DNA of 63,384 bases, the filler included, from Actinomycetota bacterium (GTDB taxonomy: Bacteria; Actinomycetota; CADDZG01; JAHWKV01; JAOPZY01), in NCBI GenBank assembly GCA_025963875.1. It is 7 parts of 7 records of this genome, joined end to end, with 100 filler letters (N's around TTAATTAATTAA, not from the genome) between each part and the next. Parts side by side here need not be neighbours in the genome. Positions count along the whole stretch, not along the records: positions 47,955 to 60,277 come from JAOPZY010000032.1; 6 more parts are not named here. One strand, written 5' to 3'. Both the position numbers and the translations under genes were made by a program. Shown piece after piece: positions 48,957 to 57,534 of the stretch. Every line of letters begins with the position of its first letter. Position 1 is the stretch's first letter. Under the pieces are notes generated by a model. That model had not been told where the DNA came from. It worked only from the letters and a program-made list of their open reading frames with translations, and did no database searches.

Positions 48957-50044
48957 CTAGGCGCCTCCCTTGCTTTTGTATAGTCGTCTGCGCCTTTCTC
49001 CTGTTTGGAGGCGCACCGTGTCTGGCCCAGACTGCCGCGTCTGTTTGCGGGACGAATGCGACTCCGCAGGCCCAATCCGCCGGAAGTGACTCAGGATATG
49101 GAACCCAAGAGTCGTTGCGGGCCCAAATTGTCTCGTGCATAGGTGATCAAGACAAGGCAATCATGAGCGTCCAAGTGACAACGACGACGTCGCAGGGAGC
49201 TCAAGGCACCCATATCCACGACACTGCTTCCAAGACGGCAGTCAAAGTCCCGGCCCCCGGCCCCGTCTGTGGGTACGTTCCTCTCACTCCCGACGAGCTC
49301 CAATCGCCTTGGGCCTGGGCAGGTGCCGTGGCGGCCGCCACGTGGACCCCGAAACCCGGGAGGTTTCCAGTGGCGCCCGTTTCGTATTACGAGGCCGGGA
49401 TCCCGGATTCGATGAAGGACCTGGGTGTTCAGCCGTCTTGGTATGTCTGCGACGGCTACCGGAGGCTCGTCTACAGCTCGACGCCTCCGCCGTCAGGCGG
49501 GACGCCCGGGAAGGCCCCCGCCGCAGCCCAGCCCGATGCGGCCCAGCATGCCGCCGCAGCCCTGGAGGCGACGCTCAGCGTGCCGGGGCTCGGCATCAGC
49601 GTGAGCCCTGACCAGGCCGGCATCACCGGGCTCGTCTCCTACTTCTGGCTTACAGGCTTTGACGGCAAGCCCTTCTACAAGCAGGCGGATCCGAGCCCCC
49701 TTGGGACGGGCTGGCTCCGGGCCACGCCTCTCTACTACCAGTGGAGTTTCGGCGACGGGTCCGGCGTGACGGCGACCAGCATCGGCGAGGCCTACCCGAG
49801 GATCTCGCAGATCGCCCACACCTACGAAGTCCGGAGCGACAAGAGCCCGATGGCGACGCAGGGTCTCTACCGCGTCAGCGTCACTGCCTTCTTCCAGGTC
49901 GCCTTCCAGGTGTCGGCCCCCGGGCAGAGCCTGGTTCCCAACGGCCAGTGGGTCGACTTCGCCACCTACGGCCTCCCGCCGCTGCAGGCCGGCGTCACGC
50001 ATGACTACCGGGTCCGAGAGGTCCGACAAATCCTGACCGGTTAA
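48953..50044 (+). CDS. Secreted protein with C-terminal PKD-like domain
   Basis: ATGA overlap, signal peptide, YQWSFGDG, HTY, Y.VSVT, VREVRQIL. Confidence 0.75.
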   Translation: MTRRLPCFCIVVCAFLLFGGAPCLAQTAASVCGTNATPQAQSAGSDSGYGTQESLRAQIVSCIGDQDKAIMSVQVTTTTSQGAQGTHIHDTASKTAVKVPAPGPVCGYVPLTPDELQSPWAWAGAVAAATWTPKPGRFPVAPVSYYEAGIPDSMKDLGVQPSWYVCDGYRRLVYSSTPPPSGGTPGKAPAAAQPDAAQHAAAALEATLSVPGLGISVSPDQAGITGLVSYFWLTGFDGKPFYKQADPSPLGTGWLRATPLYYQWSFGDGSGVTATSIGEAYPRISQIAHTYEVRSDKSPMATQGLYRVSVTAFFQVAFQVSAPGQSLVPNGQWVDFATYGLPPLQAGVTHDYRVREVRQILTG

Positions 50045-50102
50045 CCCACATCGAACTCTTGTTCCAGTAGGCTTGTCCCTCCGGCACCCACAGGAGCGCA
50101 CA

Positions 50103-52772
50103 GTGACGGCAAGGACGCCAACAACGCCAGCGACGCCGAGCGGCGACGAAGCCAGCCCCGTTCCGATCCCGGCCCCCCTTGCAAACATGCTCGGCCAGAT
50201 GGCGGCGGCGCTCGCCGAAGAGGCCCGCCATGCCCAGAAGGGTGCCGACTGGGTCCGGATCCGCAACGGACGGCGACTGCGGGCCGGACTTGACCGCACG
50301 CTCTACTGCTTCGACGCCGACTCGGACCTCTGGTTCCCACCCGGCACGACCGCCGAGATCCAAGCGGCCGCCACCGATAACGAGCCGGTGGTGGTGGAGG
50401 TCCTCGAGGTCCGGGGCCAGAGCGTCTGGCTGGAGAGCCCCGAGGATCTGGGGGAGTCCATTGCCTCGGCGAAGCTGCGGTCCAACCCCTGGTACCTGCT
50501 CGACGAGCTCCGCACCCGCATCGACGAGCTTCGCGGGCTGGATCCGGAGCGGAGGCGGGCCCCCAAGGAGCTGCGCATCGTCGAATGCCTCCTCGGCCTC
50601 GCCGCGCCGCACAACCGCGAGCCGAACCCCAACACCCCCAACAACGCCCCGAGCCACGAGATCGCACAGGGCTACGAAGAGCTGCCCGCCAACGAGAGCC
50701 AGCTGCAGGCCGTCGCCGATTGCCTCTCCAGCGAGCTCCGTTTCGTCTGGGGCCCCCCGGGCACGGGCAAGACGGAGACGCTCGGCCTCCTGGCCGCCGA
50801 GGCCTTCCTCCGCGGCGAGACCGTCCTCGTCCTGGCCCACAGCAATGCCGCCGTGGATGCCGCGGCCGTCGCCTTTGTCCGCAACCTGCTCAGGGCCACC
50901 GACGGGCGCCAAGTCAAGGGCGAGGCCCTCCGGGCGGGGGAGCCGTTCCTCCAGGAGGCGCAGTCGCTCCCGGTCACTGAGCGGGCCGTGCTGCAGCGCT
51001 CCCGGCCCGAGCTCGTCGCACGGCTGGAGGCGCTGGAGGGCCGGGGCGGCGAATTGATGGACAGCCAGGACTCCCTCTTCGGCTCCCACACCATCGAGCA
51101 CCGGGCCCGCATCAGCCCCGGCCGAGAGCTGGCCAAGGTGACCGAGGAACTTCGCAAGGTACGCGACCAGGTCGGCCGGGCCCGCCGCGACCTCCTCGAG
51201 ACCGCCAGGCTCGTGCTCACGACCCTGTCCAAGGCCGCCATCACGTCGGAGATCCACGAGCGCCGCTTCGACCGGGTCCTCGTCGACGAGGCGAGCATGG
51301 CCCAGCCCCCACAGGTCGCCCTGGCGGCGTCCCTCGCCACGAAGAGCCTCGCCGTTTTCGGCGACTTCCGCCAACTCGCCCCGGTCGTGCAGTCCTGGTC
51401 CCAGCCGGTGAAGCAGTGGCTGGGCCGAGACGTCTTCGAGCTCAACGGCCTGACCCGCAACATCGACACGACCGACCTTCTCTCGGTCCTGACCATCCAG
51501 TACCGAATGCATCCCAAGATCATGGGCCTGGTGAACGGCCCCTCCTACGGCAACCGGCTGCAGGCCGGGCCCGGCATCGAACAGGCAACGGCGACCATTG
51601 CCGGCCACGAACCGGCCAGGGGCCAGCCCGTCGTGTGGATCGATACCAACGAGTTCGGCGCCCGAGGCCACAGCACCGCCACGCATTCCCGCCTCAACCC
51701 GCTGAGCGCCTGGCTCGCCCTCCAGGTGGCGCTCCAGATGCTGAACGACGGCATGGACAGCATCGGGGTCGTCGCCCCGTACCGGGACCAGGCCCGGCTC
51801 CTGCGCCTGCTCGTCCGGGCGGCGGGGGTCCAGCATGCCGTCCACACCGGCACGATCCACCGCTTCCAGGGCGGCGAGCGCGACGCGATCATCCTCGACC
51901 TCGTCGACGCAGCGCCGCTGCCACCCGGCGTGCTCTTCCGGAGCGATGACGGCCTCCGCCTGCTCAACGTGGCGATCACGAGGGCACGCGGCAAGCTCGT
52001 CTGCCTGTCGGACGGCACGTATCTGAAGCGTTCCTCCCCTTCGACGCCTGCCTGGGCGATCCTCGGCAACCTGTGCAGGAGTGCTTCACCGCTCGATCCC
52101 TCGGAGGTCATCGACGCCGGCCGCACCGACGCGGGGTGGGCGGTCCTCAAGGCCTCCACCGACACCGCCACGATGTTCGAGCACGACCTTTCGGACGCCG
52201 CCGAGGCTGTGGCGTTCGAGGCGGGCCTGCCCGGATGGGCCACCGCAACGCTCAAGGCCAACGACGCCTCGGTCCGGCGGCAGGACAAGGGGGCCCGGCT
52301 CGTCCTGCTGCCCTCTCAGGCGTGGCTGTTCCCGAAGACGCCCGCCTGGTCGCTCAGGCTCTCGGACCCTCAAGCGGTGAAGGTGCTGACGGACGCCCTC
52401 GCTACCCCCGCCCGCCAGGCGCAACCCCAAACATCAGCAAGCGAGGCGAGACCGGCGGCCACCAAAGCCAAAACCTCCACACCGGCCCTCGACGGCGACT
52501 CGCCGCTCGGCCGGTGCCGGCTCTGCAGCGTGCAACTCAGCCTGTCGATCCATGCCTCGGGCCTGGTGAAGGTGGCATGCCCCGCCTGCGGCACCTTCGA
52601 ACGTGACGCCGACCCGCACGACCTGACGATGTGCGCCCGGTTCCGGGGTCACAAGTGCGGTTGCGGCGCCGAATGGCGTGGGCGCAAAGGCCCCCGCGGT
52701 CTCTTTCTGGGTTGCTCGGCCTATCCCAACTGCCGGAACACCCGGCAAGCCTCAAGTCTCATGGGTGCCTGA
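50103..52772 (+). CDS. SF1 (UPF1/DNA2-like) helicase with C-terminal Zn ribbons (topoisomerase C4-type)
   Basis: GPPGTGKT, DEAS, GDFRQL, QYRMHP, TIHRFQGGE, LNVAITRAR, then CxxC..CxxC..CxC..FLGCSAYPNC. Confidence 0.9.
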   Translation: MTARTPTTPATPSGDEASPVPIPAPLANMLGQMAAALAEEARHAQKGADWVRIRNGRRLRAGLDRTLYCFDADSDLWFPPGTTAEIQAAATDNEPVVVEVLEVRGQSVWLESPEDLGESIASAKLRSNPWYLLDELRTRIDELRGLDPERRRAPKELRIVECLLGLAAPHNREPNPNTPNNAPSHEIAQGYEELPANESQLQAVADCLSSELRFVWGPPGTGKTETLGLLAAEAFLRGETVLVLAHSNAAVDAAAVAFVRNLLRATDGRQVKGEALRAGEPFLQEAQSLPVTERAVLQRSRPELVARLEALEGRGGELMDSQDSLFGSHTIEHRARISPGRELAKVTEELRKVRDQVGRARRDLLETARLVLTTLSKAAITSEIHERRFDRVLVDEASMAQPPQVALAASLATKSLAVFGDFRQLAPVVQSWSQPVKQWLGRDVFELNGLTRNIDTTDLLSVLTIQYRMHPKIMGLVNGPSYGNRLQAGPGIEQATATIAGHEPARGQPVVWIDTNEFGARGHSTATHSRLNPLSAWLALQVALQMLNDGMDSIGVVAPYRDQARLLRLLVRAAGVQHAVHTGTIHRFQGGERDAIILDLVDAAPLPPGVLFRSDDGLRLLNVAITRARGKLVCLSDGTYLKRSSPSTPAWAILGNLCRSASPLDPSEVIDAGRTDAGWAVLKASTDTATMFEHDLSDAAEAVAFEAGLPGWATATLKANDASVRRQDKGARLVLLPSQAWLFPKTPAWSLRLSDPQAVKVLTDALATPARQAQPQTSASEARPAATKAKTSTPALDGDSPLGRCRLCSVQLSLSIHASGLVKVACPACGTFERDADPHDLTMCARFRGHKCGCGAEWRGRKGPRGLFLGCSAYPNCRNTRQASSLMGA

Positions 52773-52843
52773 GAGGTCGAGACGTTCTTCTTTGTATGAT
52801 TAAGCATGATTATCATGTCTCGGCATACAAAGAAGCTCATCAA

Positions 52844-54679
52844 CTACTTTCCCCGGCTCGCCCGGAACGGGATGACGTTGTCCGGCAATACGTCCGGCAG
52901 GGGGGCCGCCGGCACATAGCCCGGCGGCCGCACGACCGGTGGCGCCCCATCCGAGTCGGACGGAGCCAGGTACTCCCCTTGAGGCGGCGGGGGAGGCAGC
53001 GGCTCCCCACCGATCACCTGGGCGGCATCGACGATCGAGTACCGGTACCCCTGCTCGGCCAGGAAGAGCTGGCGGTGCAGGGCGAATTCCTGGTCCTGGG
53101 TCTCCCGGCTCACCAGCGTGTAGAAGGACGCCTGGCCGCCGCCGGCCTTCGGGCGCAGGATCCGTCCGAGCCGCTGCGCCTCCTCCTGCCGGGACCCGAA
53201 CGTCCCCGAGATCTGGATGGCAACGTTGGCCTCCGGCAGGTCGATGGAGAAGTTGGCCACCTTCGACACCACGAGCAGACGGATCGACCCCTCCCGGAAG
53301 GCTGCGTACAGCTTCTCCCGCTCGGCCGTCGGCGTCTTGCCGGTGATGAGGGGCGCCGAAAGCGCCGCAGCGACGTCGTCGAGCTGGTCCAGGTACTGCC
53401 CGATGACGAGCACTCTGTCCGAGGCATGGCGTTCCACCAACGCCCGGAGGACGGACATCTTGGCGGGGTTGGTGGCCGCCACCCGGTAGCGGTCCTGCCC
53501 CTCGGCGGTGGCGTACTCGAACCGCAGGTACTCGGGGACCCCGACCCTGACCTCGGTGCACACGGCGGGGGCGATCCAGCCCTGGGCCTCGAGGTCCCGC
53601 CACGGGGCGTCGTAGCGCTTCGGCCCGATGAGCGAGAAGACGTCGTCCTCCCGCCGGTCCTCTCGGACGAGGGTTGCCGTGAGGCCGAGCCGCCGCTTCG
53701 ACTGGATGTCTGCCGTCATCCGGAACACCGGTGCGGGCAGGAGGTGCACCTCGTCGTAGACGATGAGGCCCCAGTTCTGCTCCTGGAACAGCGCCAGGTG
53801 GGGGAACTGGCCCTTCCGCCGGTGCGTCATCACCTGGTAGGTGGCGATGGTCACCGGCCGGATCGTCTTCGTCTCGCCCGAGTACTCACCGATCTGGTCC
53901 TCGGTGAGGTCGGTCTTGTCGAGCAGCTCCGACTTCCACTGGCGGGCGGCGACGATGCTCGTGACGAGGATCAGCGTCTGGGTGGCCGCCTTCTCCATGA
54001 CCCCCATCGCCACCACCGTCTTGCCTGCGCCGCAGGGCAGCACCACGACGCCGCTGCCCCCGGCTGCCTTCCCGGCCGCCCAGAACGAATCGACCGCCTC
54101 CACCTGAAAACGACGCAGGGCGAACGCCGCCCCCGACCCGGCACAGGCACCAAGGAGCGCGAACGGCAGCGGGGCACCGGGCGAGTACCCGGCCAGGTCC
54201 TCGACCGGCCAGCCGATCTTGATCAGCGCGTGCTTGAGCCGCCCTCGCTCGCCTGTCGGCACCGACACCCTCCCGGCGTCGAGACGCGGGCCGACGAGTG
54301 GGGACACCTTCTTGGACCGCAGCACTTCCTCCAGCACCGCTGGCTCGGATGACGACAGGACCAGTGCGTCGTCCTCCTTGGACAACCGCAGCCGCCCGTA
54401 CCGGGCCACCTGGTCGGCGATCTCGACGAGGATCGATGCCGGCACCGCATAGCGGGAGTACGTCCGCAGCACCTCCGTGATCTCCTCGGCCGACATGCCT
54501 GCCGCCCGTGCGTTCCACAGCGACAACGGCGTGATCCGGTAGGTGTGGATATGCTCGGGGCTCTTCTCGAGCTCGGCGAAGCGGGCCAGCCCCGCCCGGC
54601 AGGCCTCGGCCAGCGGGTGCCCGACCTCGAGCAGCGCCGTGTGGTCCGACTGGACGATGAGCGGGTTGTCCGAGCTCAG
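52844..54679 (-). CDS. XPB/Ssl2 DNA repair helicase (Rv0861c-like), probable CTG start
   Basis: NPLIVQSD, LPCGAGKT, DEVH, GLTAT, SKVANFSIDLP, QRLGR. GGAGG-7 nt-CTG overlaps the upstream TGA. Confidence 0.95.
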   Translation of the reverse strand: MSSDNPLIVQSDHTALLEVGHPLAEACRAGLARFAELEKSPEHIHTYRITPLSLWNARAAGMSAEEITEVLRTYSRYAVPASILVEIADQVARYGRLRLSKEDDALVLSSSEPAVLEEVLRSKKVSPLVGPRLDAGRVSVPTGERGRLKHALIKIGWPVEDLAGYSPGAPLPFALLGACAGSGAAFALRRFQVEAVDSFWAAGKAAGGSGVVVLPCGAGKTVVAMGVMEKAATQTLILVTSIVAARQWKSELLDKTDLTEDQIGEYSGETKTIRPVTIATYQVMTHRRKGQFPHLALFQEQNWGLIVYDEVHLLPAPVFRMTADIQSKRRLGLTATLVREDRREDDVFSLIGPKRYDAPWRDLEAQGWIAPAVCTEVRVGVPEYLRFEYATAEGQDRYRVAATNPAKMSVLRALVERHASDRVLVIGQYLDQLDDVAAALSAPLITGKTPTAEREKLYAAFREGSIRLLVVSKVANFSIDLPEANVAIQISGTFGSRQEEAQRLGRILRPKAGGGQASFYTLVSRETQDQEFALHRQLFLAEQGYRYSIVDAAQVIGGEPLPPPPPQGEYLAPSDSDGAPPVVRPPGYVPAAPLPDVLPDNVIPFRASRGK

Positions 54680-57219
54680 GGAGATCCCTCCTCGGCCGAC
54701 CCGTCCGTGACGGCGCCGGCCTCCGGCATCTCGACGTAGCGTTCTCCGGTGGCCCTCGCCCACTCGATTCGTGCGAAGAGGAAGTGCCGCTCGTCATTGC
54801 GGAGACGGCACCAGGCGTCGACCCCGAACCTGCCGACCTCGAGGGGCTCGATCTCCCTCGTGGTGGTCGTGCCCTCCTGTGAGTGGTACATGATCTCCAC
54901 GACCATCCAGTGGTCGACCGCGAGCTCGAGGAGTTGCTGGATCTCCTTCGGCCTCTCGGTGGTCCGCCCGTCCAGGAGCCGGAGATCGCGCAGCCCCGCC
55001 GCAGGAGCCGCTACGGCCTGGGCCCGGGCCCCCTCCGGCTCGGCCGGACGGCCACTGCGGGACAACGACCCCGGTCCCCGGCGCAGCGTGGCAGCCAGCG
55101 CAGCAGCCTCCGCGGGCGACAGACCGATCGCCGGCTCGGACGGCCGCAGGAGCCGTCGCACGCCCTGATCGCCACGGGCGGATGCGCCGTCCCCCCGAAG
55201 CGAACCCCCACCCTTCTCCGCGACCGGCAGGTAGCCCGCCGCCCGGAGCACCGCCAGCAGGCCCTCGACGTCGTCGGCCTCCAGGACGGCCACCGTCGGG
55301 GCGATGAGGCGTGGTCGCATGAAGGCAAGCCGCCGGTCCGCCACCGCTGCCCGCAGGAGCGCCGGATCCTCCGACCGGAGGAAGAGTGATGCCCGCCCGA
55401 CCACGAGGTTGCCGTGGCGCCGGGCGACGTCTTCGATCAAGTACGTGACGTTCTGCGGGATGCCGGTGGTCGAATGCCGCTCCAGGACCTGGACGATCTC
55501 GGACGCCTCCATGCCGCCGTCCAGCGCCCGTCGCACCGATGCCTCGGACAGTTTGTAGATGCGGGCGGGCGACGAGGCCCTCAGGTCCCCGAACCGGCGC
55601 AGGGCCGAAGCCAGCTCGTGAACGGGGGGACCGGGCACGATCACTTGCAGGTCGGCCCCCACCGTGCAGCTCGTCACCTCGGTGGCGAAGGCCCTCGCCC
55701 CCGGCCCGTCACCGTTGGCCCAGTCCGCCTCCCTGGCAGCGGAACGTCCGGGCTCCACAACGGCGATCGGGTTCGGGCGGGTCGCGGTGCCCAGCCACGC
55801 CAGCGCCTCAACCACCCGTTCCACGAACTCGAGCGCGGCGTCGGCATTGGGGATGCGCCTTGGGAAGCGCCAGGAGATCCGTGCCGCGAGGCTGGCGGCA
55901 TCGGTGCCCATCCCGGTGGGAAGCGCCGCCAGTTCGCTCGCCGCCGATGCCCGGAGGTGGGCAAGCCAGTCCATGCGGACCACCTTGTCGACGGGCACCA
56001 GGCCGTCGCTCTCCTCCGTCCACAGGGTTGCCCCGATCCAGCTGCCGAGGAGCGCCGACCAGCGCTGGGCGGGAGGCTCGGCAGCCCATTCCGCAGCGAC
56101 GGGGGAGAGGGCCACCCGGTTCTCGTCGTCGACGCCGATCAGTTCCGCCTCCACCGCCATGGCGTAGAGGAAGGAGGCGTAGCGCTCCCCGAACCCGAGA
56201 TTCTTGGCCGTCTTCTTGAGCTCCCGCACGCCGAGACCCCCCTTCTGCAGGCAGGGCGGCGGGCTCTGCGCCCACTCGTCCAGCACCGCCTCGAGGTCGC
56301 CGAGCACCCGGGAGGGATCGCCGGGCTGCTCCGCTCCGGGTGCCGGCACCAGGGGGAGCGGCGGGGCCTCCACCTGCCAGGCGTCGAAGAGACGCCCTCC
56401 CCGCAGCGCAAGCTGCACCTCGGCCGGGATGACCACCGCACCGGAATAGATCTGGGATTCGTCGTGGACCACCAGCCCGCGGCTCTCCAGCCAGTCAAGA
56501 GGCGTGAGAATCTTCCGGCGCTCTGACCAGGGAGGGTCCGACCAGCGGATGTGGCCGGTGGCCATCAGCTCCCGTCGCCCGACGATGCCGCCGTGGTCCT
56601 GAATGAGGGCGAACAGCGCCGTGGCCTTGGGGTCCGCCTCCTGCAGAAGGCGCTCGACCCGCGGAGATTCGCCGAGGGCCGCGGCCACCTCGGCGACGAT
56701 CGACTCCTTGTCGGGCCGAGGGCCCGTCGGCAGCCCGATATTGCGGCTGAGGGTCGCGAGGAAGTGGATCGATCGGTGGGTCAGGAGCCGGCGGGCCAGC
56801 GGACCGAACCCGAGGGGCATCGGCACCGCCGCCAGGGTGCAGGCGGGCAGCTCGAGTGCCCAGCCGCCCGACGCCGATGCGTCCTTTGTATCGATGAACG
56901 CGAGCCCCCACCGTGAGAGCTCCTCGGCGCCGGCCCGGAGCTGTTCCAGCTCCACCTCAGGGGCGTGGGCGGCAAGCTCCGCCGCCGTCACCCGGGGGCC
57001 GAGCCAGACGGCCAGCTGCAGGAGCTGGGCGAGGAACGAGTTGAGCGACGCCACCGCCTCGTGGATGGCGGATGGCTTCGCCAGGAGGTCGGCGAGGGTG
57101 CCCATGTCCTTCCGCCACTGCCCGCCCAGATACGTTTTGACCTCGACCCTGCGTTGGAGCAGGGCTTCGAAGTCTGCTGGACTGAGTCCCCGCAGGTGGG
57201 CGGAGAGAGACGGGGGCAT
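54676..57219 (-). CDS. XPB-associated protein (Helicase_C_3 domain, Rv0862c-like) with C-terminal WYL domain
   Basis: GGLGVRELK, SVRRALD.G, PQNVTYLI.DVARRHG, WYL motif Y.S..G..T.R.IEP...AWC.LR..ER.F...RI. Confidence 0.88.
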   Translation of the reverse strand: MPPSLSAHLRGLSPADFEALLQRRVEVKTYLGGQWRKDMGTLADLLAKPSAIHEAVASLNSFLAQLLQLAVWLGPRVTAAELAAHAPEVELEQLRAGAEELSRWGLAFIDTKDASASGGWALELPACTLAAVPMPLGFGPLARRLLTHRSIHFLATLSRNIGLPTGPRPDKESIVAEVAAALGESPRVERLLQEADPKATALFALIQDHGGIVGRRELMATGHIRWSDPPWSERRKILTPLDWLESRGLVVHDESQIYSGAVVIPAEVQLALRGGRLFDAWQVEAPPLPLVPAPGAEQPGDPSRVLGDLEAVLDEWAQSPPPCLQKGGLGVRELKKTAKNLGFGERYASFLYAMAVEAELIGVDDENRVALSPVAAEWAAEPPAQRWSALLGSWIGATLWTEESDGLVPVDKVVRMDWLAHLRASAASELAALPTGMGTDAASLAARISWRFPRRIPNADAALEFVERVVEALAWLGTATRPNPIAVVEPGRSAAREADWANGDGPGARAFATEVTSCTVGADLQVIVPGPPVHELASALRRFGDLRASSPARIYKLSEASVRRALDGGMEASEIVQVLERHSTTGIPQNVTYLIEDVARRHGNLVVGRASLFLRSEDPALLRAAVADRRLAFMRPRLIAPTVAVLEADDVEGLLAVLRAAGYLPVAEKGGGSLRGDGASARGDQGVRRLLRPSEPAIGLSPAEAAALAATLRRGPGSLSRSGRPAEPEGARAQAVAAPAAGLRDLRLLDGRTTERPKEIQQLLELAVDHWMVVEIMYHSQEGTTTTREIEPLEVGRFGVDAWCRLRNDERHFLFARIEWARATGERYVEMPEAGAVTDGSAEEGSP

Positions 57220-57534
57220 GGGACCAGGCTACCAACAGCTTCTCGTCTCCAACGGATTGTCGCCACGGAGTGGGAATAAATCCGCAAATCGAGCACCGAC
57301 AGCAGGCGGCGGGGAGGGGTCTCAGCAGGCCAAACGGGACAAGCCTTGCGACTGGCTGGACCCCTGGCGTAGTTATCCGAGCGTCGAGAATCACCCAAAT
57401 AGGCGTTCGAGATTGATCCGTTTGGAGCCTGGGCGAACTGTTCCTCCGGCCGACACTTCTACAGGAGCACCCCTGCACGTCACCGGTGTGCGGCTCCAGC
57501 GATTCCCCGGGCACGACCGGGGCGGAGGGCAACC

